IMG/VR virus record: IMGVR_UViG_3300045789_000711
Coordinates: 1-64,000 of that record
Strand: one strand, 5' to 3'
Source of the DNA: a virus
DNA: 64,000 nucleotides
The position numbers and the translations under genes are program-made. Below, piece after piece: positions 47,452 through 57,003 of this stretch. The stretch's first letter is position 1; every line of letters starts with the position of its first letter. The notes under the pieces are model-generated. The model did not search any database. It was not told the origin of the DNA and saw only the letters and a list, made by a program, of their open reading frames with translations.

Positions 47452-48424
47452 TGTCTTTTTGCAAAAGCTCATCATTGATGGTGAGGACGTGGGCGCTCAT
47501 TCCGTGCTGAGTATCACTTACATTGAACGGCTTAATTTAACTTGCCCTAAGTTGATGCTGAAAATCGTTGATCGTCAAAAGGTATTCCAAGATAACGCCA
47601 AGCTACAAGACGGCGCGCGTTTGGAGCTGGTGCTTGGTGATGCTACCGGACGAGGTGAAGAGCTATTCAAAGAGGCGTTTATTATTGGCGCTAACTGGGA
47701 AGTTGAGAATGACGCGCTAATGGTTGAGGCCATGCAAGAGGACATCTACCGGATTAAACAGCCTGTAGCTGTCCCTATGTTCTTTGTGAATAAGACGGTT
47801 AAGCAGATCTTAGGTGCCATATTCCCAAACCATGACATTGTGATGAGCGGCTATGAGTTTAAGTACACGTACCACGTACTGACTGGGGCCACTATTTCAA
47901 TGATGCTAGAACGCCTTAAATGGGATGCTGGGGCTGAAATCTATTTAATGCGTGGCAAGGTCTACTTTACGTTGCTTAAGTCGTTCAGCGACAAGGCAGA
48001 TTCGTTTCAGTTCGATTATCAGCGCAACTCTTCGAGTAACCCGACCATTATTGAGTACAAACGCAATAACCCGCGTGGTGCAGTGCTTAGGCGTGAGGCT
48101 CGGGATTATATGTGTTGGGACAGAACGCGGGGCATGATCAAGTTGGTCACGGGCAAGCCTCGGGAGTTCTTACCGTTCACTCATGAGTCTCATATCAAAA
48201 ACCATAACCTGAGTATTATCCCCATGATGGAATGCACCTTAGCGGGTGACGGCCGTTTCACGCCTGCCATGATGATTAAATTTGAGTTAAACAGAGCGCT
48301 AAAAGATTCAATCATTGATGAGTCGGTACCGTCACGCCAGCTTATGAGTGGCGTTCGTCACTTCCAAGAGGGCATGAAATACGTGTGTGCGTGTGAATTT
48401 AGTGAGGTTGTAGATGCAAACTAA
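47441..48424 (+). CDS. P1 gp6-like baseplate hub protein
   Basis: 327 aa; TYIERL.L..PKL.L; synteny. Confidence 0.7.
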   Translation: MASDVFLQKLIIDGEDVGAHSVLSITYIERLNLTCPKLMLKIVDRQKVFQDNAKLQDGARLELVLGDATGRGEELFKEAFIIGANWEVENDALMVEAMQEDIYRIKQPVAVPMFFVNKTVKQILGAIFPNHDIVMSGYEFKYTYHVLTGATISMMLERLKWDAGAEIYLMRGKVYFTLLKSFSDKADSFQFDYQRNSSSNPTIIEYKRNNPRGAVLRREARDYMCWDRTRGMIKLVTGKPREFLPFTHESHIKNHNLSIIPMMECTLAGDGRFTPAMMIKFELNRALKDSIIDESVPSRQLMSGVRHFQEGMKYVCACEFSEVVDAN

Positions 48425-49187
48425 TATCAGTAATTCTTTATTGTTCGGTGCATACCGTTGTGTTGTTGAAGATATCGCGCACCCAGACGGGTTAATGCTG
48501 GCCCGTGTTCGTATCTTAGGTGAGTGGGATAACGTGAACTTGGTTAACTTGCCATGGGCTGAATACATGCTACCTGTTGGCGCTCGACCTAATGACGGTG
48601 AGTTTAGGCCTGCACAAAAGGGCGATTATGTCTGGTGTGAGTTTGACCGTGGCGATAGTCGTTACCCGATCATCAAAGGCTCATGTTTTTATGCGCCTAA
48701 TGGTGTGCCAAATCTACCGCACGAATCATTTGCTGGTGGCCAGTCATTCACACACAAGCGCACAGCGGCCCAGCCAGTGCCGGACAGTGCCAAGTATCAC
48801 CGCGATATGGTATCGACTCAGTTCAACTTTATGATTGAACGTACCGCCACCGGAGCGCTAAGGGCTACGCATAAACCAACGGGTACCGCTATCGAGATAA
48901 CCAAAGATGGCCAGATGGTGCTGCATTCAGAAAATGATTCGTTTGAGTCAACAACACATAACAAATTGCTTGAAGCTGATCTGCAGATCACCGTCATAGG
49001 TAAGAAGCAGATTTCAATCACGTCAGTAGAGGCCAATGTAAAAGTTAATGCAGCCACCGAATGCACTATTGACGCCCCAAAGATTAAGTTTAATGGCGGC
49101 AGTCCAATCGTGACCACAGCGCATATCTGTCATTTTACAGGTACACCCCACGGTGATGGCTCAAGCACATGTACGGCAGGTAAGTAA
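48414..49187 (+). CDS. Baseplate spike (P1 gp5 / gpV-like)
   Basis: OB-fold LPWAE ... GDYVWCEF..GD.RYP, beta-helix, C-terminal C/H metal motif. Confidence 0.8.
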   Translation: MQTNISNSLLFGAYRCVVEDIAHPDGLMLARVRILGEWDNVNLVNLPWAEYMLPVGARPNDGEFRPAQKGDYVWCEFDRGDSRYPIIKGSCFYAPNGVPNLPHESFAGGQSFTHKRTAAQPVPDSAKYHRDMVSTQFNFMIERTATGALRATHKPTGTAIEITKDGQMVLHSENDSFESTTHNKLLEADLQITVIGKKQISITSVEANVKVNAATECTIDAPKIKFNGGSPIVTTAHICHFTGTPHGDGSSTCTAGK

Positions 49188-49750
49188 TGCCGTTAAGTAT
49201 TGGCACGATGGAATGGCGCATCAATGACCGCCTAAAGAGCAGAGGCCTTAATCTTGATGGTGAGCATGCTCGCGTTGGTGTTTTGTCATTGGCGGTGGCC
49301 ACAGGCGTTGTTAATGAGATTTTATCGACGGCTAAAGTTATTGTTCCTACGCATGCTGGTGGCACTTATCCGGTTACAGGGCTTTCTGCTAGCGGTATGA
49401 GCGCCAAGATAAAAGCCTCGCTAGTATCACAGGGATTTGTTTATGGGGGCTTTTCTCGGGCGAACGTGATCAACGAGGCCATATCAAGCGCTGTAACAAG
49501 TGAGATTTTAGGCAAATGTACCGTCACTATTCCTTATGACGGTTCGGGTCAATTCTCGATAGTTGGCATGGATATGACAGCCTTAACGCTTGCTATCGAG
49601 GCTGAACTATCATCGCACGGCTTTAACCTTGGATCGGCAGATAGCGGCTTAATGGCTTCTTCTGTCAGTTATGGAGTGACGACAACCATGAACGTTGATG
49701 GCGTTGTTAATGGTGGCTTTGCTGGTGGCGGTGTGTTCCCAGTGCTTTAG
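49187..49750 (+). CDS. Hypothetical virion-associated protein with threefold internal repeat
   Basis: Three units of the type M..I...L.S.G..L.....G....VA.GV. Confidence 0.65.
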   Translation: MPLSIGTMEWRINDRLKSRGLNLDGEHARVGVLSLAVATGVVNEILSTAKVIVPTHAGGTYPVTGLSASGMSAKIKASLVSQGFVYGGFSRANVINEAISSAVTSEILGKCTVTIPYDGSGQFSIVGMDMTALTLAIEAELSSHGFNLGSADSGLMASSVSYGVTTTMNVDGVVNGGFAGGGVFPVL

Positions 49751-49811
49751 TCAAATCACGAACAAACTTACGAACAACCTTAAAAAGTTACGAACAAGCA
49801 TTACGGATACA

Positions 49812-49843
49812 CAAAACCCACAGGCCAACGCTTGTGGGTTTTT
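49812..49843. terminator. Bidirectional terminator
   Basis: AAAACCCACAGGC-CAAC-GCTTGTGGGTTTTT. Confidence 0.8.
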
Positions 49844-49853
49844 TATTGAGGTT

Positions 49854-50111
49854 TTATGCATGAGCCGCTTTGTATATTAGTTCCGACACTTCACAAAAGC
49901 GGTTGTCAAAGTCGCTGATAGTAGAGGCGTTATTGGCTGCTAGCTCACATTTTATTGCTGCGGTTCTTACTGGGCCTTTGTGTTCGTATTCTGGCAGGGC
50001 TTGAAGTGCCGCCATTAATTCCCCTGCTGCCGTTCTTCTGCGCGACACTCTTTCGCTATCGTTAGCAAAAATACTGTAAGCGTTGCTGTTTCTGATTACT
50101 GAAAGGTTCAT
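49854..50111 (-). CDS. Hypothetical protein (moron)
   Basis: AGGA RBS, 85 aa, opposite to the structural operons. Confidence 0.6.
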   Translation of the reverse strand: MNLSVIRNSNAYSIFANDSERVSRRRTAAGELMAALQALPEYEHKGPVRTAAIKCELAANNASTISDFDNRFCEVSELIYKAAHA

Positions 50112-50131
50112 ATTTAGTTTTCCTATTAGGT

Positions 50132-50302
50132 TTATTTTTTATCGGGCATTCCGTTGATGGCGTCTATGTCACGCTGTTTCCCTGCACTGGCTACCCGAGA
50201 CATTTGTCGCTCTGAGATCCCCCAGCGTTTCGCTATATCTTCAAACTTCCAGCCTTTGCCATTGGCTATTTCTTGGATCTTGGTAATTCTCTTTCCCGTC
50301 AT
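50132..50302 (-). CDS. 56-aa Cro-like HTH protein (not in ORF track)
   Basis: MTGKRITKIQEIANGKGWKFEDIAKRWGISERQMSRVASAGKQRDIDAINGMPDKK; upstream TTGACG-16-TAAGGT. Confidence 0.65.
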   Translation of the reverse strand: MTGKRITKIQEIANGKGWKFEDIAKRWGISERQMSRVASAGKQRDIDAINGMPDKK

Positions 50303-50581
50303 TTATGGCTACCTTATCACATTCGCTTTACCCGTCAAATATGTCTAGTATATATTTTATTGCTGATATTGAAAGTTGAATATTAATAATTCTCTAGCGG
50401 ATACTAAAACGGTTACGTTACGTGTTACGAATACAGTTACGCAAAACCCACAAACCCATGCTTGTGGTTTTTTTTTGCCTCGCAGAAAGTCCACCAGCGT
50501 TAGCGCCTAACACTTCATTAAAAACGACAATCGTTAGCGCGTTAAAAATCAAATAAGTATCAGATAAAAAAGAATTTTTCT

Positions 50582-50626
50582 TAATTCCCCGTTTTTTTGA
50601 TTTAGCCCTATTGCCGCTCATAGACT
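50582..50626 (+). promoter_or_regulatory. Putative late promoter for the capsid operon
   Basis: TAATTCCCCGTTTTTT ... TAGACT; upstream element nearly identical to the prt promoter. Confidence 0.6.
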
Positions 50627-50735
50627 CGCGCATGTTAGGGGGCTGTCCCCTGAAAAAATCGTTAGGGGATAGCCGCGACAAAAGCGCGCGCCATTCACAA
50701 CAAACCTAACCAAACTTGAATCAAGGAAAAAAAAG

Positions 50736-52424
50736 ATGTCAGAAAAATATTTCGCTCGTAAATCCCAGATTGACCAAGTATCGGGCTTGGTTACTGCGGC
50801 GCTTGTTAATTCTCAAATCGACGGCAAAGGCTTTATTGCTAATGCTAATGATCGTGTTGAAGCGATTACTGATGCAGCAATGGCTAGCCCACTATTCGAG
50901 GGTATCGCTGATAACCGCGAAGCTGTGACTTTCATTGCTTCTGCTTGGGGTTCGTCTTTACAAGATTTCTGTAATACCTACGGTCACATGCCACGCGCTG
51001 ATCTATTAGCGTCTACTGGTGAGTCGTTAATGGCATTAACCAACGCACCGGAAGGTGTAAGCAAGTCAATGTTTGAAAGTGTTGGCGGTAAAGCTAACTT
51101 TTCAACTTCTGAGGGTATCGACATTCGCGCTAAGACTGCAGCGTTAATCATGCCTGTTGCTTTAGCTGCTACTACTAACGATGCTGCGACATTCGTTCAA
51201 GGTGGCCGTGATGAAGTTGAATGTTTTGAATTGTTCCGTGTAAGTAACACCTCTTTCGGTGACATCGCTAAAGGCGAAGTATTAGACGAGTTTTTCTATC
51301 AGCAATTCAGTGGTATGAAACAGTCTTATGCTTTACCAACTAAGCCTGATGCAACTAAAGAGCGTTACGTTGTTTACATCTACAACGAAGCCGCGCCTGC
51401 AGAAGACACTACCGCGTTAATCAGTGTATTGGCTAACCAAAACCCAAAGGGTTGCTCATTCGTTCCTAAATCGCTTGTTTTACGCGTTAACGGTAAGGCT
51501 GTTGCTTCTTCATTAGATAATGGCGATTTGTTCGGTCAGTTCGATTTAGGTGCTGAGTCTTATAGCGTTATGCCTGATAAGGCTACACATGATGCAACTA
51601 AGGGCCGTATTGGTTTCAAAGTAAGCCCAGCGTTACCTGCTAATGCATCAATGATCATCCAGTATGACGTGGACGTTGAGACTGGTAATGCTAATGGTGC
51701 ATTCCCTGAAATTAACCACACAATGGGTTCATTCAAGCTTAAACCGCACCAATCAATCCTATCTGCACAGCACACTATCCAGTCTTACTGGGGCATGAGC
51801 CGTGAATACGGTTTAGATCTTCGTTCTATGCAAACTGCCACTATGCGTAACGTGATGGCTTACGAGAAAGACATTCGTAACCTACGCGATATGATCGTTG
51901 CTTCTTCTGCTAACCCAACGTTGACTATCCCGTTAAAAGTGGCTGATGGCGCTTACTTCAAAGAGAAGTACGAAGAGCTACACGAACACCTATTACAGCT
52001 TTCAAACATTATGATGGTGTTAACCAAAGTGTCAGGCCTAGTCGGTCTTTACGCTGGTATTAACGCGTCTACCGTGTTCAAAGCATTAGGCGCGCCGTTC
52101 TTCGTACCTGCACCTAACTACCGTCAAGTTCCACGCGTTCACTTCTGCGGCATGTTATTTGGCAAGTGGAAAGTGTTTGAATGTCCGGTTGATCTTGACT
52201 ATGCAGGCCAAAAGCTTGGCGCTAACGATGCTATCGGTTATGCGCGCGGCGATGACTTTGCTCAAGCTGGCTTAATCGTTGGTGATGCTGTTTCTCCGAC
52301 TATGTACAAGCACAGCACTGACTCACGCATGTTTAACCGTGACACGTTATGGGAATTGTCATACGGCGATATCTCACCTCGCGGCGGTGAAAACTTCTTC
52401 CACAAGATCACTATCACCAAGTAA
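50736..52424 (+). CDS. Major capsid protein (P1 gp23-like)
   Basis: 562 aa, strong codon bias, REYGLD, RQVPRVHFCG, AGLIVGDAV, RDTLW. Confidence 0.88.
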   Translation: MSEKYFARKSQIDQVSGLVTAALVNSQIDGKGFIANANDRVEAITDAAMASPLFEGIADNREAVTFIASAWGSSLQDFCNTYGHMPRADLLASTGESLMALTNAPEGVSKSMFESVGGKANFSTSEGIDIRAKTAALIMPVALAATTNDAATFVQGGRDEVECFELFRVSNTSFGDIAKGEVLDEFFYQQFSGMKQSYALPTKPDATKERYVVYIYNEAAPAEDTTALISVLANQNPKGCSFVPKSLVLRVNGKAVASSLDNGDLFGQFDLGAESYSVMPDKATHDATKGRIGFKVSPALPANASMIIQYDVDVETGNANGAFPEINHTMGSFKLKPHQSILSAQHTIQSYWGMSREYGLDLRSMQTATMRNVMAYEKDIRNLRDMIVASSANPTLTIPLKVADGAYFKEKYEELHEHLLQLSNIMMVLTKVSGLVGLYAGINASTVFKALGAPFFVPAPNYRQVPRVHFCGMLFGKWKVFECPVDLDYAGQKLGANDAIGYARGDDFAQAGLIVGDAVSPTMYKHSTDSRMFNRDTLWELSYGDISPRGGENFFHKITITK

Positions 52425-52471
52425 TCACTCACGCGCTAGTCCACACGGGCTAGCGCCTTTTTGGAGGTCTT

Positions 52472-52969
52472 ATGACTGATAAAAAAATCAAAATCAAAGT
52501 AGTTAATAGCTCGGGTTCAGAAGCCTTTAAAGCTGCTGGTATCGAGATCCCTCGAAGCTTTAACGATGTGTTAGAGCTGCCTTTTTACAAAGCTAACGAG
52601 CTGGTGGCCGCGTTATCAGGTATTGCTGCAGTAGAGACTTCGTTCGTTACTGATAGCTTGCAAAACGATGTGCAACAAAGCGTTGTAGATGTCGCTTTAC
52701 AAGATTTGGAAGTCGAAGTAGCAACGTTAAACCTTGCTATTGATGCAGAGCGTCAAATCAATGTTGAGCTAACAGCCAAGCTGGCAGAGCAGCAATTGTT
52801 AACCGACGGTCTAAAGGCCCAGATCGCAACACTAGAAGCGGTCAAGCCAGTAGAAGAAGAAACAACTAAGACTGCAGAAGTAGAAGCGGTTAAACCTGCA
52901 GAAGTAGAAGCGGTTAAACCTGCAGAAGTTACAGCGGCTAAAGCTTCAACTAAAAAGGACGTTAAATAA
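52472..52969 (+). CDS. Hypothetical protein, coiled coil with AEVEAVKP repeats
   Basis: GGAGG RBS after a hairpin; 24-bp repeats at 52872-52928. Confidence 0.75.
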   Translation: MTDKKIKIKVVNSSGSEAFKAAGIEIPRSFNDVLELPFYKANELVAALSGIAAVETSFVTDSLQNDVQQSVVDVALQDLEVEVATLNLAIDAERQINVELTAKLAEQQLLTDGLKAQIATLEAVKPVEEETTKTAEVEAVKPAEVEAVKPAEVTAAKASTKKDVK

Positions 52970-54537
52970 TGAATATTCCAACGGGCTTAGGTCAAGCTGC
53001 TGGCGTTAGTGCTTCACCAGTCAATGCAAGCGCTACGGTTGCTGCTGGTGGTTCTGGTGGTCTATCTGTGTTTGCAGGTATGGTCATTGCCGATAAAGGC
53101 GAACCGTTCAAGTTACTACGCGTAACTAAAACCAACTGGCAATCAGTCTTAGGCCGTCCATTACGTCCAAGCGAGGGCGCTCATGCAGGCTCTTTACGTT
53201 GCGTCGAAGAAGCGTTAAATGGTGGCGACGGTTACGTTGTTCGTGTTGTGCCTAAGTCAGCTAAATACCCAGTTATTACCGTTCGCGCGGTAGACGGTGA
53301 AAGCGGCAAGAACACCACTACATCGACGGCCCTATCATTTGGTACTGCACCTATTCTAGCGGTTGATGACCTATTGGCCATTTACCCTAACGATGGTTCA
53401 GCGTCTTTACGCTCAATCTCATTAGTGGCTGTTGTAGGTAAAGCTGGCACGTTTACACTGTCAATTTTCGGCACTGATAGCGTGGGTACTGAATACTTAG
53501 AAAAGAGCTACCAAGTGTCATTCAGTCGTTCTGCGGTTGATGATGATGGTAAGCCACTATTCATCACCGACGTTCTATCTCGCGTTAGCGCAACCGTTAC
53601 TTGTATTACTACTGCTGATTTAGCACTAAGTTCAAGTATTGCAGGCGTTGATAAAACACCATTCGTGGGTGCCACCAGCGGTGTAGCAACTGAGATTGAT
53701 GCGTCAGACTGGGCTAAGGGTATTGCTGTATTAAGTAACGCCATGGTTGGTTTTACTGCGGTTGTTGGTCTTGGTATCACTGATGCGGCCGTTATCGAGC
53801 AACTTGCAGGCGTCGCGGCGGCTCGCCGTATCGATGCGTTTGCTGATGTTGCAGCGAATAACTATGCGGGTGCCGTGACTGCGGTTAAAGCGATGTCGCT
53901 TAACTATGACAACTTATGTCTTTACTTTTTCCCGTACAAGTCAAAAGACGCTCATTACAGCGTCCATGCTCATTGGGGCATTTCAGGTATTGCGTTTGCT
54001 GCTAAAGCGGCTGGCGTGGCTAAAGTCGATGGCGCTACTGGTGGTTGGCATTATTCGCCTGCAGGCGTTGAGCGCGGCATTATCGGCCGTAAAGAGCCTT
54101 TACCGTTTGATGGCTTGGATGCCCCAGACGAAGAGCTAATGTACAAGGCTCGTTTAAATAAACTGGGCTTGTCTGCTGGTGGCTTGTTGATGATCGATGA
54201 CGCTATCACTACCCGTCAAAAAGAAGATTACCTACGCTTCCAACACGTCTCTTCTGTAATGGGCGCTATCACTCGTGACTTCTATTCGCTTTCTAAGAAT
54301 ATGCAGCATGAGCCTGATGGTGTAACAGAGCGTGGCCTATTCACAGGCATGGCAAGTATTCTTGATGGCTATGTTGCTTCTGGTGCGCTTGTCGTGCCTC
54401 GTGATCCTGATGATGGCGATCAGCCTTACGTTGTAACAGTAACCCAAACAGAGTTCGACTTATGGACTGTGACTTGGGCGTGTTGCATTACTGGTACTAG
54501 TCGCCGTATTCAGGGTATCCCTGCAATTATTGGCTAA
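52969..54537 (+). CDS. Tail sheath protein (P1 gp22-like)
   Basis: 522 aa; WHYSPAG.ERG, YLRFQHV, HEPDG, G.SRRI.G.P. Confidence 0.88.
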   Translation: MNIPTGLGQAAGVSASPVNASATVAAGGSGGLSVFAGMVIADKGEPFKLLRVTKTNWQSVLGRPLRPSEGAHAGSLRCVEEALNGGDGYVVRVVPKSAKYPVITVRAVDGESGKNTTTSTALSFGTAPILAVDDLLAIYPNDGSASLRSISLVAVVGKAGTFTLSIFGTDSVGTEYLEKSYQVSFSRSAVDDDGKPLFITDVLSRVSATVTCITTADLALSSSIAGVDKTPFVGATSGVATEIDASDWAKGIAVLSNAMVGFTAVVGLGITDAAVIEQLAGVAAARRIDAFADVAANNYAGAVTAVKAMSLNYDNLCLYFFPYKSKDAHYSVHAHWGISGIAFAAKAAGVAKVDGATGGWHYSPAGVERGIIGRKEPLPFDGLDAPDEELMYKARLNKLGLSAGGLLMIDDAITTRQKEDYLRFQHVSSVMGAITRDFYSLSKNMQHEPDGVTERGLFTGMASILDGYVASGALVVPRDPDDGDQPYVVTVTQTEFDLWTVTWACCITGTSRRIQGIPAIIG

Positions 54538-54584
54538 TCGCTGGCCCCAGATTATGTCTGGGGCCACTTTCAAGTGGGTGAATT

Positions 54585-55271
54585 ATGAACTTTGAAGAGT
54601 TAGCAAAATCAGGCATGGACACGATGGCCATGTATGAAGCGGTAGGGAAAGTCGGCGCGCCAAAAGTGGCACCGAAGCCTGAACCCGTTATCCCAGCGGT
54701 AGACCAAGAGCTAGCAATGTATGAGGCAATCGAGCAGAACGCCCTTACTAACACTCGCGCCTTGGGTATGTCTGCAGTTATCGCATGGGCCACCTATGGC
54801 GAGCCAACGGCTGAGGATTTCGACGCTACCGCTCAAGGTATGTCTGATATCGACGAAGACGGCGAAGTGTCAGAGTTTGAAGAAGAGCAGTACAACGAAG
54901 TGCTTTTCTCTATGGCTCAAGCATTAATGTCTATGAACGTGAGTTCTGATGATGTTGCAGCGTTGCTAGATGGCGATGATCGTGCGGCTTCTGTTGCTTA
55001 TGTTGCGATTGCTGAAAAGGTTGAAAACAGCGACTTGTCGGAAGATGAGATTGTGGCTGAGTTTTCGGTTCAAGAAACAGTCATGACCGAAGCAAAAGTA
55101 AAGGTGATCCGTGACGGTCAGACTAAGTGGGTTAAAAAGCCACTTAAGAAGCGTCGCATGAGTGCAGCACAACGCGCAGCACTTAAGAAAGCCCGTATGA
55201 GATCAAACACTGCTGGTGCCAGAGCGAAGCGCAAGAAGTCTATGCGTAAGCGTCAAAGCGCTGGTTTATAA
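54585..55271 (+). CDS. P1 gp21-like protein; acidic body with basic tail (prohead core-like)
   Basis: Synteny; C-terminal AQRAALKKAR...RKKSMRKRQSAGL. Confidence 0.75.
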   Translation: MNFEELAKSGMDTMAMYEAVGKVGAPKVAPKPEPVIPAVDQELAMYEAIEQNALTNTRALGMSAVIAWATYGEPTAEDFDATAQGMSDIDEDGEVSEFEEEQYNEVLFSMAQALMSMNVSSDDVAALLDGDDRAASVAYVAIAEKVENSDLSEDEIVAEFSVQETVMTEAKVKVIRDGQTKWVKKPLKKRRMSAAQRAALKKARMRSNTAGARAKRKKSMRKRQSAGL

Positions 55272-55289
55272 CAAGGGGTAGCTAATACC

Positions 55290-55874
55290 GTGATTAATGT
55301 TGGCATGACTCGGGACGACGGGATCAGTGGATTCCTTAAAGTATCAATCAACCAAGGCGGCGTTACGGTCATTGGCTACATCGGTGAGGGTGCGAGTAAG
55401 CAGCTTTCAAACTTTTGGCAAAACCCGTTTGAGGGCGACACGATAGGTCAAGCGGGTGGCGCTGGCTCTAAAGTGGCTGATTTGGCACAGGTACAAACGA
55501 GCGTAACAAGTAAAACCGTGATGAACACTGCAATCGTGTGGGAGGGGATTAGCCCACACGAACTAGTGCTACCCGTGTACTTCAAAGCTTACAAGAATGC
55601 TAAGTCAGAAGTGAACGACGCCATCATGTACTTGGAAAAGTTCTCTTCACCAGAGTTGAGTGAAAGCCTTGCAGGTGCAGGCGCAATCCCTCAATTGTGC
55701 GCTATTAACGTGGGCCGTCGCTTGATGATGCCGCGTTGCCAGATCAAGGACGTATCTAGCGAATTGGACGCACCGAAAACCAGTGATGGCTATATGACGC
55801 GTAACACTGTCCAGCTCAGTATCACGATGGACAGAATGACTAACCGTTCACAGATACAAAATCTTTATCAATAA
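55290..55874 (+). CDS. pmgG: P1 PmgG-like baseplate/tube-fold protein
   Basis: GYIGEGA, WQNPFE, SPEL, ELDAP; synteny. Confidence 0.7.
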   Translation: MINVGMTRDDGISGFLKVSINQGGVTVIGYIGEGASKQLSNFWQNPFEGDTIGQAGGAGSKVADLAQVQTSVTSKTVMNTAIVWEGISPHELVLPVYFKAYKNAKSEVNDAIMYLEKFSSPELSESLAGAGAIPQLCAINVGRRLMMPRCQIKDVSSELDAPKTSDGYMTRNTVQLSITMDRMTNRSQIQNLYQ

Positions 55875-55904
55875 CCAATTAAGCAACCTAGTAAGGGGTT
55901 TTAT

Positions 55905-56405
55905 ATGTCAGGACACAGCAACACGAAAGGCGATACCGGCTTTTTGAAAAAACAGTACACACAGAACAAAAGCTTAGGCGAAAAGGCGATGGCTTTTGAG
56001 TTCAAGCTAACTGTTAAAGGGTACCCAAATTGGAGCGTACTTTGTCGTTCAACACAGTGGCCAGCAATGGGCCGTTCTGATGTTGAAGACTTTGGTGCTA
56101 GCGGTCTTAAGTTCGTTCAGCACGGCGCGTTAGAGAACTCAGGCGAAGTCTCTATTATGTGTGTTGAAACAATCAAAGGCGACATCATCAAAGATATGCG
56201 TGAAATCATTCGTACCAAAAAGTACGTTGATCTTGTGTTGGAATTAACGCCAGAGTCCACCAGCGGTAAAGCGGGTGAGGGTCAAACTATAGACTTGCTA
56301 GATTGTAAGTTACGTTCTGATGTTATTGAGTTTTCTACCGAAGATCAGGCCGCGTTAGTTAAACCAACTATCACTGCAATTTTCAACTACATCGATAACA
56401 TTTAA
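55905..56405 (+). CDS. bplB: P1 BplB-like tail tube-fold protein
   Basis: GHSNTKG, R.DVEDFG..G.KF.QHG...NSGE, CVETI.G. Confidence 0.75.
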   Translation: MSGHSNTKGDTGFLKKQYTQNKSLGEKAMAFEFKLTVKGYPNWSVLCRSTQWPAMGRSDVEDFGASGLKFVQHGALENSGEVSIMCVETIKGDIIKDMREIIRTKKYVDLVLELTPESTSGKAGEGQTIDLLDCKLRSDVIEFSTEDQAALVKPTITAIFNYIDNI

Positions 56406-56423
56406 TAAGTAACAGGGGCAACA

Positions 56424-56990
56424 ATGAAGCTTTCAACAATCGTACAAACCGCAAAGGCCCGTTTTTCAGTCTTGCTTACTGATGATACACAAATAAGTGC
56501 TTACTTGGTGCAAGCGTTAACGACCTATCAAGACTTGGCGGGATGTTTGAGAACGACTGTGATTGATGCCCCAACGGTTGAGGCACTAACACTGCCTCAG
56601 TCGTTTTTAGCGCACTCTATGTGTTCTGATGTCTATGGCGACTTTGTGCCAGTGGAAGTATTGGAATTAGAGGACGGCACAACCACAATTTATATGCCTG
56701 CAGGCACTATCTATCCGGTTAAGTATGAGTTTTTAGTCAACCTTGCTTACTACGCTGCAGACTTAGAAAATCACATCCCCAATCGCATAGCAGGCATGGT
56801 CACTGATTATCTTGAATGCCTTATTGCAACGGACAATGACGACCGTATAGCCCGTATTGAGGCTGGTGGCAAAATGGATGCTTCACGCATGCCAACACGT
56901 CTTGACCGTATGGCACAAAAGACATCATTAGAAGAACAATTCAGGGCTAACCGCGCAATCGTATCAATGGCCAGTATTCACCCAATTTAG
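56424..56990 (+). CDS. pmgC: P1 PmgC-like head-tail adaptor
   Basis: AKARF..L, AL.TYQD.AG, DYLE.LI; synteny. Confidence 0.65.
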   Translation: MKLSTIVQTAKARFSVLLTDDTQISAYLVQALTTYQDLAGCLRTTVIDAPTVEALTLPQSFLAHSMCSDVYGDFVPVEVLELEDGTTTIYMPAGTIYPVKYEFLVNLAYYAADLENHIPNRIAGMVTDYLECLIATDNDDRIARIEAGGKMDASRMPTRLDRMAQKTSLEEQFRANRAIVSMASIHPI

Positions 56991-57003
56991 GCAGTATCTA
57001 GCG

